From positions 1-47,066 of the forward strand of contig DATKWK010000035.1 of NCBI GenBank assembly GCA_035529595.1: a DNA stretch of 47,066 bases. Reading direction: 5' to 3'. A model generated the notes under the pieces. That model was given only the letters and a program-made list of their open reading frames with translations. It was not told where the DNA came from and did not search any database. This DNA is from Candidatus Bathyarchaeia archaeon (lineage in GTDB: Bacteria; Patescibacteriota; Microgenomatia; PFEM01; JAFGMK01). The first letter of the stretch is position 1; each line of letters opens with the position of its first letter. The position numbers and the translations under genes were made by a program. Below are positions 43,074 through 47,066 of this stretch, piece after piece.

Positions 43074-45347
43074 TTAAACATTCGAATCATTGCTTATTGT
43101 AACATAAGAATAAGCTTGACTACCAAGAACCAGCTCTATTCCTAATCGGTTAAGGTCATCCTTAACAATTGTTTCTTTACCATTTAAAAAAACATTGCAT
43201 TCCCCGCCTGGCGGCTGTTTGAACTTTAATCGAAATCGGCAGTTAACTTCGGTAGGATTATAAACAATGAAGTCTTGTTTGCCATCAAGCCTGGTGATTA
43301 TCGACGGCTCCAGGTAATCTAGACGCATCGTCATGATTTCCCTTACCGAAGCCTCGGCAAAAGCTTCAAAAAGTAAATAAAGCCAAATAGCTTCACCTGC
43401 CCCGTAGATTGCGTGACCGACTCCTCCACCGCGGTGCCTTGAGCCGCTAGCACGTAAGGCAGGTAGGGATTCTAGGGGGATGAAACAAGGGTCGGTTACT
43501 TTTTGATACGTATCAAAGAAATAAAAGTTGTTCCGGCGAGCTAAATTTAAAAACATCAAAAGTGGTCGGGTAAACTTTTCATCACCCAGAAGGATTATCC
43601 AAGGTAAGATTGATTCCACATTCTCCTTAAAAGCCGGGTTTTGTTTGACAACCGGATAAATTTTGGAAGGAAACGAACGAACCATACCGGCACAATCACA
43701 ATTAAGCTCTTTTTTGAGACTTTTATCCGTATACCAGTAAAACATCCGTAGTTGCTGCGCAATAAACTCCCAAGCCCACTCTCTAAATTCAGAAGACCCA
43801 GTCTTCTTGAATAGGCGGTAACTGGCAGCCGCGGCATAAGAAAGCTGCTGCGGTTCGTGGAAAAGCCAATCAAGCGGGAGTTGACGGATGGTTCTAAGTG
43901 AAACTTCGGCTTCGGTAAGAAATTTAGTCTCCGAAGTTAATTCAGATAATAAACACATTCCGTAACTGTAAAGCCCCGCGGCAGCGAAGTTCTTTCTTTC
44001 GCCATGAGCTTTTTCGTTCTGCCAATCATAACGCAACGGAAATAAATAGCCGCAATCCCGGGCAATGCCGATTATTTTTTGGCAAAATTTAATATAAATT
44101 GACTTTAATGTTTTGTCGCCGGATAGAAACGCAATCCAGCCGAACTTAATTAAACCATTTTCCAAAAAATACCAAGTTTCCTCGTCCTGACACATAAGCT
44201 GATCGTCTAGCGGGTACCAGTTAGCCAAAAAAAGCTTCTTTTGGTTAAAAAAACCGGGAAGGATTAAAAAAAGTTTCTCATATAAATGTTTGATTGCTGT
44301 ATCCGGCTGCAGGCGCAAATAATGGAATAATGGCCATAGAACGTCAACTTGAGTCATTAGCTCAACCCGAGAAGGCGGATTTGAAGAAGCAAAATCACCG
44401 ATCTGGGCATACGCCCGCAAACCGGTTTCCTTGTCGGTTAATTTGATTTGGGACATTTCTTCTTTTGCTAAATCCTGAAAGCATTTTTTGGCAAAATCCG
44501 TCCAAGAATATTTTCCTTTCCAAATAGACTTTTTTGATTTCAAAAGCGGAGAAAGTTGGCCTATAAACCGGGAAATCCCCAGCCATTGATCCGGCTGTTT
44601 TTCGATCGATTGGCTCCTGATATAATAAGAGAATCTTTGCTGGCCTTTGGGGAGGAGCTGCCCCAGATAATCAATATTTTCCGGCCAAAAACCGACATAT
44701 CTTTCCCGCAGCGGTTGGTCTTTTCCTCTTTTTAAAATTGATTTCAGACCGCACCGGCCGCCTAAAAAGCCAAAGATGTTACTATTTGAAGTCCAATTAA
44801 GACTCTCCCAATCTAAAAAGAACATCACTTCGCTTCGCGTGCAAGGATCATAATAGTAGACAGCGGGCAAGTCACTGCTTTGAACACCAAGATTGTCGGT
44901 AGCCGGATTGGCAATTAAAACCTGATTCCAAATAAAGCTACCTTCTTCTTGAACCGAGACGGTTGGCAGCTTAAAAACAATCTGTGGTTCGCTCTCACGT
45001 TGATATCTAAGCCGCATTGAGTCTTTGAGGTCAATAAAGACATCAAATTTAAACCAATCGCTATCCAGGAGCTTAATGTTGGCATTCCAAGAGTAAGCGA
45101 AAGGTTTGTTTTGAAGATTTACGGCCGTTGAAGTCCCGCTCAAAGAAAGACAATCAGACGACTGTTGATTAATCTTTTGCGCACGAAGGTTAAAACTTGG
45201 CCCCCAAATAAGGGGGTTATCATTTGAGGTTGTCGGTGTCCATTCCACGCCTCTTTTACTAAAAAGTTGCCAACCAAAACCGTTTTTTCCCGAATTAAAA
45301 CAAATCTCCTGGTTGCCTCCTTCAATTTTGAAGCAGCTATTTTTCAT
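43074..45347 (-). CDS. 757-aa cytoplasmic protein of unknown function (possible beta-sandwich / alpha-alpha-toroid / beta-sandwich glycan-active fold)
   Basis: This is a long uninterrupted ORF. I preferred ATG 45347 (MKNSCFKIEGG) to the TTG at 45356. It overlaps the upstream gene by 11 nt. I saw no signal peptide, no TM segment and no motif I can assign. Confidence 0.7.
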   Translation of the reverse strand: MKNSCFKIEGGNQEICFNSGKNGFGWQLFSKRGVEWTPTTSNDNPLIWGPSFNLRAQKINQQSSDCLSLSGTSTAVNLQNKPFAYSWNANIKLLDSDWFKFDVFIDLKDSMRLRYQRESEPQIVFKLPTVSVQEEGSFIWNQVLIANPATDNLGVQSSDLPAVYYYDPCTRSEVMFFLDWESLNWTSNSNIFGFLGGRCGLKSILKRGKDQPLRERYVGFWPENIDYLGQLLPKGQQRFSYYIRSQSIEKQPDQWLGISRFIGQLSPLLKSKKSIWKGKYSWTDFAKKCFQDLAKEEMSQIKLTDKETGLRAYAQIGDFASSNPPSRVELMTQVDVLWPLFHYLRLQPDTAIKHLYEKLFLILPGFFNQKKLFLANWYPLDDQLMCQDEETWYFLENGLIKFGWIAFLSGDKTLKSIYIKFCQKIIGIARDCGYLFPLRYDWQNEKAHGERKNFAAAGLYSYGMCLLSELTSETKFLTEAEVSLRTIRQLPLDWLFHEPQQLSYAAAASYRLFKKTGSSEFREWAWEFIAQQLRMFYWYTDKSLKKELNCDCAGMVRSFPSKIYPVVKQNPAFKENVESILPWIILLGDEKFTRPLLMFLNLARRNNFYFFDTYQKVTDPCFIPLESLPALRASGSRHRGGGVGHAIYGAGEAIWLYLLFEAFAEASVREIMTMRLDYLEPSIITRLDGKQDFIVYNPTEVNCRFRLKFKQPPGGECNVFLNGKETIVKDDLNRLGIELVLGSQAYSYVTISNDSNV

Positions 45348-46389
45348 TATCGGCAAGAGCCAGATAGGCCAACAAATAACAAATGGAGCTTTCGGCTCCT
45401 TTATTCAAGTTCACTTTCCAAGGTTCTAAACCATCATAACATCCACCATCCTTTTTATCAATCAAGCTTAATCCAGCCAGATTTTTCCCGTGGAACCAAG
45501 TAAACCACTCCCAGGCTAAACCTGAATAATACTTGTTCCCGGTAATCTCACCGGCAGCAAGCGAAGCTAGTACCAGATAACCTGCTTCTATCGGTTGTTG
45601 ATCATAAATAGCCCGGTTACCTCTTTTCGCATACCAGCCGCGTTGGCCGATCGGAGCAGGAATATTATTGATAGTCGAAACCTTAATTAAGAACCTAAAA
45701 CTTTCCGAAGCTACCTTTAAAAGACTTCTATCACCCAATATTTTAGCGGCGATAAAAAGAGAATAAGGTAAAATAGCATTGGCATAAGTTAATATGTTTT
45801 CAAACCAGCGCCAATCAGCCGTCCGGTTTTCCTGATATTGCTTTATCAGCCGTCCGGCTAACTCAGTTGCCCGTTTTCTGACTTGGAGATTTTCTCCCGT
45901 CCGGAGATAATAACAAAGACCAGCCAACGAATAAGCCTTAGTCCGAAGACCAGTAAATTCAAGTATTCTAGGCAGACAGCGATTAAAAATTTTATCTATC
46001 TTTCCGTCAAGGTTTTTCGTGTAACCGAGCGACCGGAGAAATCCAAGAGCCCAAACTGTCTCCCCAAAACTATCCTCAGCCAACTCGTGACTGAAAAACG
46101 ACTGTCCGTATGACCGCCAAAGATAATTATGAAACCTGCCATCGTCTATTTGAGTCTCTTCAATGAAGTTTAAAATCTTGCCGATTAAATCATAAAAAGT
46201 CTTCTGCCGGTAAAGTTTATAGTGCCAAGCTGCAACAATTAAGCCTCGAGCGTTATCATCAAGACTATAACCCATCACTTGTTCAGGTGACGAAAAACGG
46301 CTATGCTGAAGAATTCCATTTGCATCAGCCAATTTCAAGAAAAAAGTAGTTTTGGGAGCCTGCTTCAGGTTGGGGAGAATAAGTTTCAT
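45337..46389 (-). CDS. 350-aa helix-repeat protein of unknown function (possibly six-hairpin / (alpha/alpha)6-like)
   Basis: The ORF start overlaps the stop of the upstream glycosyltransferase (TAATG at 46389). Repeated aromatic-rich helical segments are present (GYSLDDNARGLIVAAWHY, FGETVWALGFL, AYSLAGLCYYL, ANAILPYSLFIAA, AGYLVLASLAA, ESSICYLLAYLAL). The fold assignment is inference. Confidence 0.65.
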   Translation of the reverse strand: MKLILPNLKQAPKTTFFLKLADANGILQHSRFSSPEQVMGYSLDDNARGLIVAAWHYKLYRQKTFYDLIGKILNFIEETQIDDGRFHNYLWRSYGQSFFSHELAEDSFGETVWALGFLRSLGYTKNLDGKIDKIFNRCLPRILEFTGLRTKAYSLAGLCYYLRTGENLQVRKRATELAGRLIKQYQENRTADWRWFENILTYANAILPYSLFIAAKILGDRSLLKVASESFRFLIKVSTINNIPAPIGQRGWYAKRGNRAIYDQQPIEAGYLVLASLAAGEITGNKYYSGLAWEWFTWFHGKNLAGLSLIDKKDGGCYDGLEPWKVNLNKGAESSICYLLAYLALADNEK

Positions 46390-47066
46390 TATTTTCGCTT
46401 CAGTTTTTTCCTTTGTGCTCGCTTCTTAAGTATCAGCCGGAAGAGATCAAGATGCCGAAGTGCAACGTTATGCCAGATCATTTTCCGACCAAAATTATAG
46501 GCTTCAAGTTTCATCTTTTGCATTACCAACGGGTGTTCCAGTTGAAAATTGATTGCCTGAGCAATTTGGTCACAATCACGAAAATCAACCAGCAATCCCC
46601 GTTTATCAGCCAAAGTTTCTTTAGCATATATGTAAGGAGTCGAAATACACACCTTACCGGCGGCCAAAGCATAAGCCAGGGTACCGCTGGCCGTTTGGTC
46701 AGGGCCAAGATATGGCGTAATATAGAAATCAGTCGCCATCAAATATTGAATTAATTCTTCCAGGGTGATATACCGGTTATCAAACTTAACGTAATCTTCA
46801 AGCTTCAGATCCTGGATTAGTTTCTTCAGCCGGTTCCGATAAACTTCGTCTTGCCATTTGATCACTTCGGGATGAGTCATACCGGCAATGAGAAACAATA
46901 TTTGCGGATGTCGACGGACTATTGTGGGGAGTGCCTGAATGACATATTCAAGGCCTTTATTTTCACTCAATAAATTAATGGCGGATATTAAGATTCTTCC
47001 TTCAAACCCAAGGTCTTTCTTATAGGGCTCAGAAGAGGTAAAAGCAACGTCAGGTACTCCATGAGG
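46389..47066 (-). CDS. GT-B glycosyltransferase (GT4/GT5-like), C-terminal domain; the 5' end lies outside the window
   Basis: The frame stays open to the window edge (PHGVPDVAFTSS...ILISAINLLSENKGLEYVIQALP). The pattern is GT-B C-domain: ILFLIAGMTHPEV, DYVKFDNRYITLEELIQYLMATDFYITPYLGPDQTASGTLAYALAAGKVCIST, RGLLVDF. The usual E-x7-E is replaced by Q-x7-Y. Confidence 0.7.
   Translation of the reverse strand, partial: PHGVPDVAFTSSEPYKKDLGFEGRILISAINLLSENKGLEYVIQALPTIVRRHPQILFLIAGMTHPEVIKWQDEVYRNRLKKLIQDLKLEDYVKFDNRYITLEELIQYLMATDFYITPYLGPDQTASGTLAYALAAGKVCISTPYIYAKETLADKRGLLVDFRDCDQIAQAINFQLEHPLVMQKMKLEAYNFGRKMIWHNVALRHLDLFRLILKKRAQRKKLKRK

Noticed and set aside
1-47066. Possible alternative genetic code (UGA recoding), as in some candidate-phyla bacteria
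   Set aside because: TGA terminates well-conserved proteins at their expected C-termini. Examples are typA at 9747-9749, ruvA at 12659-12661 and ppsA at 32718-32720. No conserved gene is interrupted by in-frame TGA.
1-47066. Search for CRISPR arrays, insertion sequences, integrases, prophage, toxin-antitoxin or known defence genes
   Set aside because: I saw no regularly spaced repeats, transposase or recombinase motifs, or nuclease/ATPase defence-like ORFs. The tRNA cluster is not flanked by an integrase. The DUF360 holin-like gene is a common stand-alone membrane protein, not evidence of a phage.

Overview
This is a very gene-dense, moderately AT-rich bacterial window. I call 39 protein genes, 5 tRNAs and 1 gene relic, and most intergenic gaps are under 110 nt. 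I found no transposase, integrase, CRISPR array or long repeat. TGA is used as a normal stop, so the standard genetic code applies. Several traits suggest a streamlined, possibly CPR/Patescibacteria-like genome, but this is inference only. These traits are a short UvrC and HolA, an archaeal-type PGI/PMI, a membrane-anchored orphan substrate-binding protein, a C39-TPR protein and a transglutaminase-like surface protein.

Layout:
- 1-11.5 kb: a helicase relic, an ATP-grasp ligase, hflX, envelope and housekeeping genes, and typA.
- 11.6-13.7 kb: ruvCAB.
- 14.1-15.7 kb: galE and a 5-tRNA cluster.
- 15.7-25.9 kb, minus strand: substrate-binding protein, secG, a DUF360 protein, then uvrC, a transglutaminase-like gene, uvrA and uvrB, with lexA transcribed divergently.
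- 28.1-47.1 kb, all minus strand: a carbohydrate block running GT-B glycosyltransferase, two unassignable proteins (350 and 757 aa), GH94 phosphorylase, a small barrel protein, an HExxH protein, a holA-like gene, PGM, an IMPase-family protein, PGI/PMI, PpsA, enolase, GpmI and AcsA.

The most interesting candidate is the tightly overlapped operon of GT, six-hairpin-like protein, 757-aa orphan and GH94 phosphorylase (40.6-47.1 kb). It may be an undescribed system that builds a glycan and degrades it by phosphorolysis.

Secondary observations:
- A recurrent promoter layout in which a -10 box sits 6-9 nt before the start codon, implying leaderless mRNAs.
- A single NER operon interrupted by a secreted transglutaminase-like gene.
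- A UvrC that ends before the (HhH)2 domain.
- Candidate LexA operators.
- An IMPase-family protein with Cys replacing a conserved metal-ligand Asp.
- A DEAD-box helicase relic in frame with the next gene.

All homology calls come from motif recognition by eye. No searches were run.
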